Shown here piece by piece: positions 1 to 10,914 of a DNA stretch of 64,000 nt. The position numbers and the translations under genes are program-made. The notes below the pieces were generated by a model, which did not search any database, had not been told where the DNA came from, and was given only the letters and a program-made list of their open reading frames with translations. This DNA comes from Balanoglossus misakiensis. Taxonomy: Eukaryota; Animalia; Hemichordata. The stretch is from assembly GCA_040954595.2 (NCBI GenBank), contig CM082585.2, positions 11,608,979-11,672,978 of the forward strand. Direction: 5' to 3'. The stretch's first letter is position 1, and each line of letters starts with the position of its first letter.

Positions 1-466
1 CAACTACTGTCTTTAAGATCTTCAATCTGATCTTTGAACTGTACAAAATATATTTCAGCATGGCAAAAACTTGTTCTTAGTTTAAAGTTTATTCATTGAA
101 TTAGGTGGGATATCGTTGTCCTGACTTATGATTAGGATTTTTTTCATAAAAGTGAATTTAAAATTTATGAAAACTTAAGGAACTTCAACATTTTTGAACT
201 GTCAATATTATTTTGCAAAATTTGTTAAATTCAACATGTTACTTGAAAGGTCTATAACAAAATTCTTCAACTACATGAAAACTTCAAAAACATTGCCAAA
301 ATCCCGCAAATGTTAGGGTATACACTTTTTCAGAATATTCCGTCGTTGAGGTTTGACTTCGTCCTCACACCTTCTCCGTCCACAATGGTACAGTCCATCG
401 ATTCCAAATACAATAGGCTTGGACCACTATGTAGGGGTAGAAGAGAGTTTTGATTGTGCGTATTTG

Positions 467-3400
467 TCAAGAAATACTGGTATGAACCGATGGGTCAGGG
501 TTCGTAGTATTATTATGTCTCAGCAAATAGCTGTCCCTTGAACCCTTGGCACGATTTACATTGTTTCTATTCCTGCGCCAATCATTGTCGTATTGTCTCT
601 GCAGTTTCATTGCCAGCTGAAAGTCCAGCTCTTCCTGTGAAAGTAGCGGCTTCTGAGGACTTGTAAAGCGTTCCATTGACCTCCGAGATTTCTCTCCGTC
701 TGCTTTGAATTTCTTGGGTTTGTTTCCCTGATCACCGCTGGTTTGACGCTTCCTTCTGATTGCTCCACTCTGAGTTTGAGTGACCTGGTCTTTGGCATCC
801 TTGTTGTCAGAGACTTTCAATTTCTTTGGAGTAGTTTGTAATTCGTTATCAATACTTGATGTGCTGGTTACATCACTTGCACACTGTGAGTTTGTCTGGC
901 TGCTCTTTCTTCTCCTGGGAGAAACTGCCATAGCATTGGCAATACTGTTATTTGGCAAATTTCCTGCTGTGTGTTGTGACCTTTTGGTGCAGTCGAAGGG
1001 CTTGGTTGGAGGCCTATCACACATTTTCACTTGGTCTTGTGTTTTGGTTTTCCTGGGAGATCGGGGTGAGCTTGAAGGGCAGCTAGTCTCACTTGCTGTA
1101 CGAGTCCGAGCTAGTTTGTCTCTTCTGTTGTTTGAATCAACAGTGGTACCACTCACAAGGGAGTTATCAGTCTTTTTAGCTCCCCTGTTAAACATATCTG
1201 CTATAGTTCTCACTTTTGAAGTCTTGGCGTCTTTTGGCACTTGATCAAACTTCAATGTCCGTGAAGGTTTCCCACTACTTTTACACAAATCTTTGGCTGC
1301 TACTGAGTTATTATTGTTCCTGTTTCCAGATCTATTTCTGGTTCGTATCTTGTATGCAGTTCTGTTCACCACAGCGACATCTTTGGCTTTTTCATTCAGA
1401 CACTTCACACCAAGTTCATCACTCTGACTTGCACCGATTTTTACATTGTGACCCCTAAATCCAGTCTTGACTTTCTCCTGTGATTGTAAAACAGTTTGAA
1501 TTTCCTCATCAGAATCCGATTTGTAGTCTGAGGGAATTTTCAGAGTTGATTTGTCAGGATGTTTACCACCACTCCTATCTCTGACAGTGAGGTGCTGCTT
1601 TGAACCACATTCTGGATCTGACTTTCTCATTTTTGCAGACTGTTCCGAAGTAACAGTTGATGACGCCTTTCTTTTCCTAGAACTCAACTCAGCTGGAACA
1701 TGATTTGGTATCATGTCACACTCTGCTCTCAAGCTACGTGTTCTATCATTCACACTGCTGCTCAGAGAAACCAAGACAAGGTGTGGCGAGGGTTTTCCCA
1801 TGTCACCACCAGTCATCGTTCCCTTAGATTGGTTTGCCAACACCTGTTTGCGCTCGTCTGCCAGACTCAGCCATTTTGCCATCACAAGAGGTGAACGTTG
1901 GAGCCAACTCTCGTCTTCATTCAATTTGCTTTTACTGAGGTTGCAAGGTGTTGTGTGAACAAGTACTGGCGTTAATAGTGTGCCATCCAGACGTCTTTTG
2001 GGTGGTGTTCGTGGAGATGTGTGTATAGGTTTAAAATGATTCAGTTCTGGTGCGATGCTATCGATGCTTGTCGCGCTGTTCCTGCCTCCAGTCGGACTCT
2101 TCCTCCTCACCACATCAGTGTCATCTCCTTCTTTCTCCGGATCCCCTTCCTGATGCTTTTCCTCGGTAGATTTATCCAGGGATTCAATGTCAAGGTCAGT
2201 GGTATCACTGCAACTCCTGCTGGGCAGTGGCTCGCTGACGTAGTCCGGAAAGAAGCAGGATTCGGAATCTGATCGGCTCGGTGAGGTGGACTTGGATGAA
2301 GCTTTGGCAAAAAATGTCTCTATGCTGACAAGATATTCTTTACTGCCTGTCGATGACCTGCTTCCTCTCTTGTTGCCACTTGGTGTCTTTTTTGATGGAC
2401 CTGGCACAGCACTGGCGTCGGGAGATCTGCTTGTGTTTGCGACCTGTGAACGAAAATGGAATTTATGCTATAAGTACAGTAAACATTGTCTTACACTGAA
2501 CACAAGTAGAGATCAGGGCCAGCTGTCAGTTTCCAGGAGTTTGGTTTACGCCTGTGTTTTCATGAAGATTAACAGATCAGAACTGTACTAAAGCACAGGG
2601 ATAGTGAAAACACGTTCACAAGTAACTACCTGATTCAGTTCTTGCTGCAGTTTCCTGGCAAGTACTTCGTCGCCTTCAGGGACATGATTGAGCTGATCGT
2701 AAAGTCTCTTGGCTAACTCCTCATCACTCAGAATGCCATCTTCAAGATCTGGTTCTGAATCAACCATTGGTACCGGTACATCCTAGATAGTAAAAGCATA
2801 CAGACTTTTAATGATCATACCAGTCAGGTTAAAGTACATAAGAGGTGATTGCAGAAATACAAAGCGCTTACCTTGCCAACATTTTCATTTAACTTTTTGG
2901 CTAACTCTTCATCTCGTAGCCTTTGTACCTCAGATGCTTTCTTCATTTCTTCCAGGTGTTTCATCTCTTCTTCTTGTAGTTTCTTGATCAACTCAGCACT
3001 TGCCTGAAACTCTAGTTCTTCTTCCTGTCTTTTCTGCTGCCTCAGCTGAATAATAGTGAAAACCAACATTGACCATCACTCATTCTTGAATCATTCAAAA
3101 TATATGCAATCTTAGACACGTCCTTTGATCATATATAGAAAATGCTGAATTTATAGCCATATTACCTGATTCAGCTGTTCTTCATACTCTTTCCTAACCT
3201 CTCCTGGTTCGCAGATATTTGGTACATTGTGAGAAATAATTTCTGGAAAGAAGTACATGAAGTTGCATGTAAGCCAATGGGCAAACTGTTTGAAACTAAT
3301 TTTGTATACACTTAACTACAGGGTGGTAACTACATTAGTTTTACCAAGTACATGTAGATTATACCCAATCGCATAGGAAGTTAACATTAACAAATGAACC

Positions 3401-3904
3401 GTGGCGACAATCGCCCGGGGCCCCCCGGGGGTTGATTAGTGGGCGTGTCACTTGACCCGTAATATTGTCACTATTTGGCGGGCTCCTTTAAAATTATGCT
3501 GTCTGCCTAGGCCAGAAAAGTCAATGTATCGACTTATTTACCCCACATTTTAACAAGACAACCGTACCTTCCTCGAAACTCTCATCTTCAAAGCCTTCTA
3601 AACGCCTTCTACACTTTTCCGGAAAAGCAGCTTGAATAATCCTCCATCGATTCTGGTCGATCAATTTGTTTTCTCGAGATCGCTTTCGGGCCCAGCTGCT
3701 GATCCTAATCCTACACATCGGACAGGTGAAGTTGGCTTCCTCGACATTCTTTCGGAAACAGGGCATACAAAGTTCGTGAGAGCATGGCATGGTTACCGGC
3801 TCGATCAGAATCGACATACATATCGGACATATACAATCCGAAAGCAACAAATCTGGCCGATTAATGTCAAGCGTCGGACGCGATCTGTCGTCCTTAGCCG
3901 CCAT
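467..3904 (-). CDS. RNF168: E3 ubiquitin ligase RNF168 (RING, UMI/MIU1, long disordered region, MIU2-LRM2); 5 coding exons approx. 3568-3904, 3166-3242, 2872-3046, 2630-2782, 467-2444
   Basis: RING CPICMSILIEPVTMPCSHELCMPCF...CPMCRIRISSWAR; exon 2 CEPGEVRKEYEEQL; QEEELEFQASAELIKKL; C-terminal SQEELDFQLAMKLQRQYD...NRAKGSRDSYLLR matches the RNF168/169 MIU2-LRM. GT-AG junctions were read manually. Confidence 0.9.
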
Positions 3905-4156
3905 TTTGCAAAGTTTTGACAAGTCTCGTTGTGCGCGTGACGAGAAATGACGAAATGTTTATAAATAAATCGAAAAAACTGATTACGATGTATTTTAGAA
4001 ATATTTTGTTCATATCTTCCGAGTATTTGTCCAATTTGGTGTTTTGACCATTTCATAATCTGATTAAGGTATATGGCACACACATTTCCATGTTTGTGAT
4101 ATAATTTCAAAACAGACCTGTTGAACTAAATTTCCCATGAATCTGAGCAAACTAAG
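3905..4156. promoter_or_regulatory. Bidirectional promoter region between RNF168 and EIF2A
   Basis: The divergent ATGs (3904 on -, 4157 on +) are separated by only 252 bp. Confidence 0.7.
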
Positions 4157-7100
4157 ATGGCTGCGCCCTGTCCACTTGTCGCGGGTGAGTTGATATATTG
4201 AGTTGACCCGAAAAATGAGAAAGAGTGCATACTTTGACAGTTTGAAAATATGCGACACTAACACGGAGTGAAACAAACTAGAATTTTGCAAGAATGTTGT
4301 GTGAAAGTTCTTTTCTTTGAAGTATCTCGAGTTAGACTGCCACATGGCAATGTTTTCGTCGCACGTGCACGTGTGATAATGTACACACCTTCCACGTTGT
4401 GTCCCCCTCATACATCTTACCATATTGCTGCAGTTTTGTAGCCCCGCGACTACCCTTGACGATTTTTGTCTAACTTCCCCATACCATGTGGTACGTCCAT
4501 GCCCTCACATAAACAGCCGTAGATCCGCAGCAGATAAATGTAGCCCTGAATCCCGTACAGTGTTTTCCGAGAAGGGGGCGTTGCCCCCAAAAGACTGCCA
4601 GAGCACCAGGGTTACAATTATTGCACTTGCATATGTTTGGTTGTATTCTCTTTTTACAGTGCGGGCCTCTGCAGGCACATCGTTATTTCAAGGACCACCA
4701 GCATTGAAACAGTTTGACAACTTTTCAAGGTGACTATTTATTTTCTCTTTCAGTGACCTTTGACCTTGTTAACCAACTAAAGCTAATCTTTATACATGTA
4801 TAACTATGGCCAATTTCATCAGGTCTGTTGGGTTGGATGTGTGTGTATTGCAATTTTCATATAATAGTATATCATTTAGCAAATACTAGTAATATGTAAC
4901 AATAAATTAAGTAATGTACATTATATGTCAAATGAATAGTGAATGATCTCTTTCTTCATCTCTTGCAACAGTGACACAAGCCCAAGATGTAGAGTAATAG
5001 CATTCAGTGCTGATGGCAGTCTCTTTGCATGGTGTAATGGACAAGTGTAAGTATTACTTTTCATAAGTTATCTCTTTAACTAATGGCTGATCAGCTGTAG
5101 CTGATAACAGAAATTGTCAGTAGTTGATGGTGGACAAATTCAGATCTGCCTATGACTGTATTTTCATGCCAGGTTTTGAAATTTCAACCACGAATGTCTC
5201 AACCATCCATGTCCAATAATGTGCGATTTTTCCCCTTGCAGCATAAATATCACCAGTTTACCAACAGGTGACTTTGTGCAGAGAATTGACCGACCCAAAA
5301 CTGTGTGTCTGCAGTTTTCACCCAGAAACAACATTTTGGCAACTTGGGAACCTTATGCTGGTGAGTTATAAATCATGAGTGTTGAATGTCATGTAGCATA
5401 TTGATTAGGTTGGTACATGTAATATAATGAATGCAGTCTTCTGGGGACTTTGAATTTTAACCCAATTTTGTAGGATTTAGCAGGAAAAACCATAAACCTA
5501 CTACCTCTGTTGAATTCAGTTACCAAGGATACACCAGCAGGAACTCCTAATTTGCATTTATGGGATGTGAAGACTGCGCAAGACCTCAAAGGGTTTGTAC
5601 AGAAGAGACAAGATACATGGTTAGTGCATTGACTTGCTGGTAGAAATCTTGTCAGGTCCCCTTTTCTCTCTACAATCTTGTTTGGTGTTTTGAAAGATGT
5701 GATGACAGCTAAACCTGATCAATATATTTTGGACATCTTCATACATGCAACAGAAACAATAAAACAAAATTCCCGACCTACAGGCCTTCTCTATTTTTCT
5801 TTCAGGTGCCCTCAGTGGTCATCGGATGAGAGTATCTGTGCCAGAAATGTGAACAATGAAATCCATTTCTTTGAAGGCAATAACTTCGGTGGGTACCTCT
5901 CTGTTAAAATCTGTTTGGGAAAAAAATTGATGCAGAACATGCATGGCAATGCTTGTTGGTCCAGAAGTCTGGTTGAGAATGTGTGATGACTCTCACATCA
6001 TTTGCACCGCTTCCTACCTACTGATTTTGATTTGATTTGATTTTTCACCCACACTAGACACCATAGTCAGAAAGCTTCACATCCAAAAGATTGCAGACTT
6101 CCGACTCTCTCCAGGTGACATGCCTTGCAAAGTAGCAACATATGTGCCAGGATCAAAGGTAAGATTGCAGCAGCATTATTAAAAAGTTTATCTGTAAAAT
6201 ATTATTATGATATGAAATACAAATGTGTTTATGAATAATTCAGCAGAATACAAATTTTCTATTTTCCAGGGTGCACCATCATTTGTACGTGTTTACAAAT
6301 ATCCAAATTTGGAAGGTCCTGGATCGATGATTGCAAACAAGAGTTTCTTCAAGGCTGACAGGGTCAACATATTGTGGAATAAGAAAGGTAAGCTATCAAC
6401 TGAAAATCTACATGTACACTCCAGGATATTCAATGGGGATATTATAAGCCCAAAAGAGAATACATATCACTCCTATAGTTGTTTCTGTTGAAATATTGTG
6501 TTATATTTTACATCTTGACCATTCCTCACAGGGACTGATTTGTTGGTGATTACAACAGTAGACGTTGACCAAACAGGTGCATCATATTACGGTGAACAAG
6601 CTCTTCATTACATCAGTGCAAAGGGAGAAACAAGTAATGTACCTCTGGGTGAGTAGCCTGAGCGCGCTCTGTGAACTCTGACCTATGACACCTAGAATGA
6701 CTCCTGTTACGCTGCTTGGTAGCCCATGACCTTCAACTATCAATGCAGGTGGGCAAGTTTGATTTGATGTTCCCGTAAAAACTATCAATGCACCTTTGCT
6801 AAGTTTAAGTCTCTATCATGTAACATTGGCATTTGTTTTTCCCTTTCCAGCCAAGAAAGGTCCTATATATAGTGTAGATTGGAATGTGAATTCCACTGAA
6901 TTCTGTGTTGTGTATGGATGTATCCTTTGTTGTTTTCATGTCTAGTTTTAGACAATGTTTTGAATTCTTTCTCGAAACATTTGTGCCAGACCTTGGTTGG
7001 GTTCTGACTTCGTAATCTATGTCTATATCTAATTGCCAAAGATATGTATTCTAGTCATGGCTAGGTTGTAGTTACATCATGTGTGTTTGAGATCACAAAA

Positions 7101-9402
7101 TAAGGCCATGACTTCCAAATATGGATAACAAGAGCGGTACTCCTTAACTGAGTGACAGTTATGCCTGCCAAGGCAACATTGTTCAACTTGAAATGTGAGC
7201 CTGTGTTTGACTTTGGTACTGGACCCAGGAATATTGTACACTACAATCCACAAGGAACCAATATCCTTTTGATATACGTTTAGTGTCACTGTTCAATTTT
7301 CTATACATATAGTTCAGATAGATGATACAGACAGACACTGTAGCATGCACACATTCACACGTGCGTGCACCTACACAAACACACACGTACACACATGCAC
7401 ATGTGCCACAAGCTCACCGACATGAGAATATAAATGAACTTTAACAAAATTTTCCCTAACTGTCGTCACTTATTTGCTTGGCTGGATTTGGTAACCTGAG
7501 AGGAAACATGGTAAGTTAATTATGCAAGGAAAAGGTGTGCAGAGTTTAACAAAAATTGTAACGTTTCTCCCACTGGACCGTGTACTGTTTGTCTTGCCTC
7601 ACATGAAAATGTCCTCCATGTAAATTTCGTAGCCACGCATGACCTTGCAGAGTCTTGTGGAGTTCTGACAATAACGCATCTTAAAATGTTGAATTTCAGG
7701 AATTCTGGGATCGCAAGAATCTGAAGAATATCAGCAAGATGACCGCCAGTGATTCGACTCACTTTGAATGGTCTCCAGATGGCGCTCACTTCTTGACTTC
7801 TACATGTTCACCCAGGTTGAGAGTAGGAAATGGGTGAGAGAGGGGGTACTTTATGGGATAAGCTGGGCTTTGTGGGGGCAGATAGGTTCATAACCTGGGT
7901 ATGTCATTTAAGTGACTTGTCTCATTGGAGCATGTGTCTTTATAAAACACTGTCTGGGAGTAATGAATATACAGTGGCTGATTTCATGGTTTGATTAGTT
8001 CGATGTCTTCAAAGCAGTGAGGTGGATGTCAATCAATTATTACAGAATACAATTTTGTGTACTTAGGTTCAAAGTCTGGCACTATACAGGAAGTTTACTG
8101 TACGAGACAGAAGTAGGGGAATTGTGGGAAGCCACCTGGCAGAGTTTCCTAGAGGGAGTGCTCCCAGAGAAACCAATAGTGTACCAAGCTGTTCCATCAT
8201 CCGTCAGCCCCTCCAAACCAGAAGCAAAACCTAATGCATACAGACCCCCAGCCCTGCGAGGACAGCCCCACAAAGCCATTAGCGTGGTAAGTACAGAAAT
8301 CTAGTAGAATCAAAAATTGTGAATTGTTACATTACCAGTTATGTTGAGTTGTCCAAATTTAACGTAAAGAATATAGTGCACTTTGCAATAGTGTAGGTAC
8401 AAAACTGACAGGTCAAATCCTCGTCTGTTTTTCCAGCACGCTCGGGAGGAGGAATTGCCACAGAATATGAAACCCAAAGGAGACAGTGGTAAGAAATGCT
8501 ACATTTTCTCCAGAAGTGTGAATTGCGCCCTCTATGCCAACAGAGTGAATGAATGGGGGATGGAAAAAAGACAGATCCAGTCTTGTTTGAAAGTGGTTGA
8601 CTATTCAAACTGCTTTGTCAGTTATGTTATGCCCCTTTTCTTCTTTTTTACAGAACATTTATCAAAGTCTGCTCTGAGGAATAAAAAGAAAAGAGAATCG
8701 AAAGCAAAAGGCAAACACGAGGTGAGGATTTGTTAAGATTAGTTTGAGTGTGATAAGGGGAAAGAACATTGGTCATCTTAACAGACAGAATAGATGTCTG
8801 TGATATCTAATAGTATTTTTGTTTTCAAATTTGAAGGATGAGTTATCCCAGGAAAAACGAGATGCCATCGCCATGGCAGCCTACGTCATGGCTCCATCTC
8901 AACCAGCACCACATGTCCAGAATACTTTTGACCCAGACAGCAGTGGTGCCGATCCTGAGACAGAGAAAAAAATCAAAGGACTGAGAAAGGTAGACCTATA
9001 TTTTTAGTTTTTTGCAGATGTAGTCTAAAGGGAATAGAGACTCTTAAAATATTAACAACCCCATGTTGGATGAAAACCAACCAAAAATCTGTACTTGGAA
9101 TGGATTTTGGTGCCATTTTCCAAACATATCAAATTTTCAACATTGAACACAATATAGATACCCAAGAGAGCAGATTTTTTTCAAACTGAATATTGCAAAC
9201 TCTGAGCTCTGTGAAATTGGAATAGAAGTGTTGCTAGGAGATAGGTCTTTAATTTGCTTTTAAATTTGTTTTCTAGAAATTGAAGCAGATCGAGAAGCTA
9301 AAAGAACAGGCAGCATCAGGAAAGCAACTTGAGAAAAACCAGTTGGAGAAACTTGCAACGGAAGACGCCATACTGCAAGAACTGGAAGAACTCAAACTTT
9401 AG
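4157..9402 (+). CDS. EIF2A: Eukaryotic translation initiation factor 2A (WD/beta-propeller), multi-exon
   Basis: Exons read MAAPCPLVA|VRASAGTSLFQGPP, CPQWSSDESICARNVNNEIHFFE, GAPSFVRVYKYPNL..ANKSFFKADRV, DVDQTGASYYGEQ, YGFMPAKATLFNLKCEPVFDFGTGPRN, LAGFGNLRG, PRLRVGNG, AYRPPALRG, KKIKGLRK|KLKQIEKLKEQAASGKQLEKNQLEK; TAG at 9400-9402. Confidence 0.95.
4426..4619 (+). ncRNA. Candidate intronic box H/ACA snoRNA in EIF2A intron 1
   Basis: TGCTGC(4426)/GCAGCA(4527) close a 5' hairpin; H box AGATAA at 4532-4537; 3' hairpin closed by TAGCCCTG/CAGGGTTA with inner GGGGGC/GCCCCC; ACA at 4614-4616 followed by 3 nt, about 40 nt before the 3' splice site. Confidence 0.45.
6920..7158 (+). other. U12-type (minor spliceosome) GT-AG intron in EIF2A
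   Basis: 5' site GTATCCTTT at 6920; branch point TCCTTAAC at 7141, about 10 nt before the AG (7157-7158); splicing restores YG-F-MPAKAT in frame. Confidence 0.9.
7261..7469 (+). other. U12-type AT-AC intron in EIF2A
   Basis: 5' site ATATCCTTT at 7261; branch TTCCCTAAC at 7452-7460; terminal AC at 7468-7469; splicing restores YNPQGT-I-ICLAGFGNLRG. Confidence 0.9.
7524..7673 (+). ncRNA. Second candidate H/ACA snoRNA, in the EIF2A intron 7511-7699
   Basis: GCAAGG...TCTTGC hairpin, H box ACATGA at 7601-7606, TGTCCTCCAT...GTGGAG..GACA hairpin ending in ACA (7668-7670). Folded by eye only. Confidence 0.3.
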
Positions 9403-9553
9403 AAATCTTTATTCCAGGTAGCTTATTCAGTTTTCTAAGATAGTGGTCATTTTGTTATCTCTGGAGTCTTTATAGCCAGTGCAAAATGCAAGTCAGCTGT
9501 CCAAGATGGTGGCTGTACTGTAAGCTATGGAGGAGGAAATCAGTCAACAATAT

Positions 9554-9858
9554 ACACATGATGACTGACAATGAGGGCAACAGTGTATTTTGATGACCGA
9601 GGGCGCTGCTAGTCACAACTAAAACAGTCTTGTTTTCCCGAGGGCATAGCCCGAGGGAAAACAGACTGTTTTGGTGTGACTGGCAGTCCCGAGGTCATTA
9701 AAAATACACTGTTGCCCGAATATGTCAGCCATCATGTGTTTTATAACACACCAAACCGATCGAACTGATGCCCTAGGCAACAGTTCGAAATGACTAAGGT
9801 CACGTGACGTCGTATTGACGAATCATGATCGAGGGTTCGCTGCATGGTGTGTTATAAA
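9554..9858. mobile_element. Palindromic non-autonomous (MITE/foldback-like) element in the probable EIF2A 3' UTR
   Basis: Long imperfect inverted repeat 9554-9739 (ACACATGATG..GGGCAACAGTGTATTTT..AAAACAGTCT / AGACTGTTTT..AAAATACACTGTTGCCC..CATCATGTGT), followed by a second IR TTTATAACACACCA/TGGTGTGTTATAAA at 9740-9858. Confidence 0.65.
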
Positions 9859-10914
9859 CAAACATATTGACTGTCCAAGATGGCAGCCGTTATCGTAATA
9901 TGACAAGTTTCTTTATGTAATCTGAAAATCATTTGAAAGTTTAGCACAATATATACAACACTCTTAAAGATTTTTTTTGCATGAGTCATAGTTCCATCCC
10001 ATAGCTACTCATCTAAATCTAAATGTTATATTTTTTTTATGATCTGGTTTTTCTCCATATTCAATTTTTTTTTATTGTAAACCAAGCATCACAAGTAATC
10101 CTGTACTCTTCATTTACCGTTCCATTGTTAATCTTTTTCTTGTAAATAAAATAATAATTTTCACCATATGATAATTATCGTGGATGGATGGAGTGTGTGA
10201 TTTATGTGATCAGCAGATCTTCCTCTGAATTCAAATATTAGTTGTCAGACCAATAGTGTGTCTGGGCAACAAAGGGGTTTGTAGTAGGATAGCAGACAAA
10301 CCTCTTATCATCAGAGACAGTTCTCGTGCTAGAGCACGGTGTACTTTTTATAAGTGTCATAATCTGGGCCAAGTATATTCCCCCATGACAACTAAGCTAC
10401 ACTCATGATCAAATCAATGAAAAAAATACACACAGGATATGATGAATCTACTTTCGGAATCATTTTATTGACAAATCAATAATATAAAAACATAAAATCT
10501 TTCATATAAATGCTCAACATCTAAGTGTCATGATAAATTTTAAAATTTTCAATGTATTTGGGGAAAAAAATAAAAATTTTGCATTACTACATCCCTACAA
10601 GGGATTACTTTGCAGTCAAGGACAACTTTTGTCCAATACAGTAAGTGGCAACATTGTACATGTCAATAAATATGCTCAATAATATAAGAACACTTGATAG
10701 CAAGTTTAAAATGTTAAATATTAATTTCCTATAAAAGGGATATTAAAATACTTTTTTTAAAATGTTCATTAATTTCCCATAAAAGGGATATTAAAATTCT
10801 ATAATGTAGTAAAAACTTCCCATTAAAGTCAACTAAGGTGCAAAATTCTGAGAAAGGTTTATTATTAAATTTAAATCTCTATAAAAATGCCCCTAACGGC
10901 TACCATGGTGACCA

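Noticed and set aside
5690-6030. C/D-box-like TGATGA...CTGA pairs in EIF2A introns
   Set aside because: The boxes are too close together and lack a convincing terminal stem or guide sequence.
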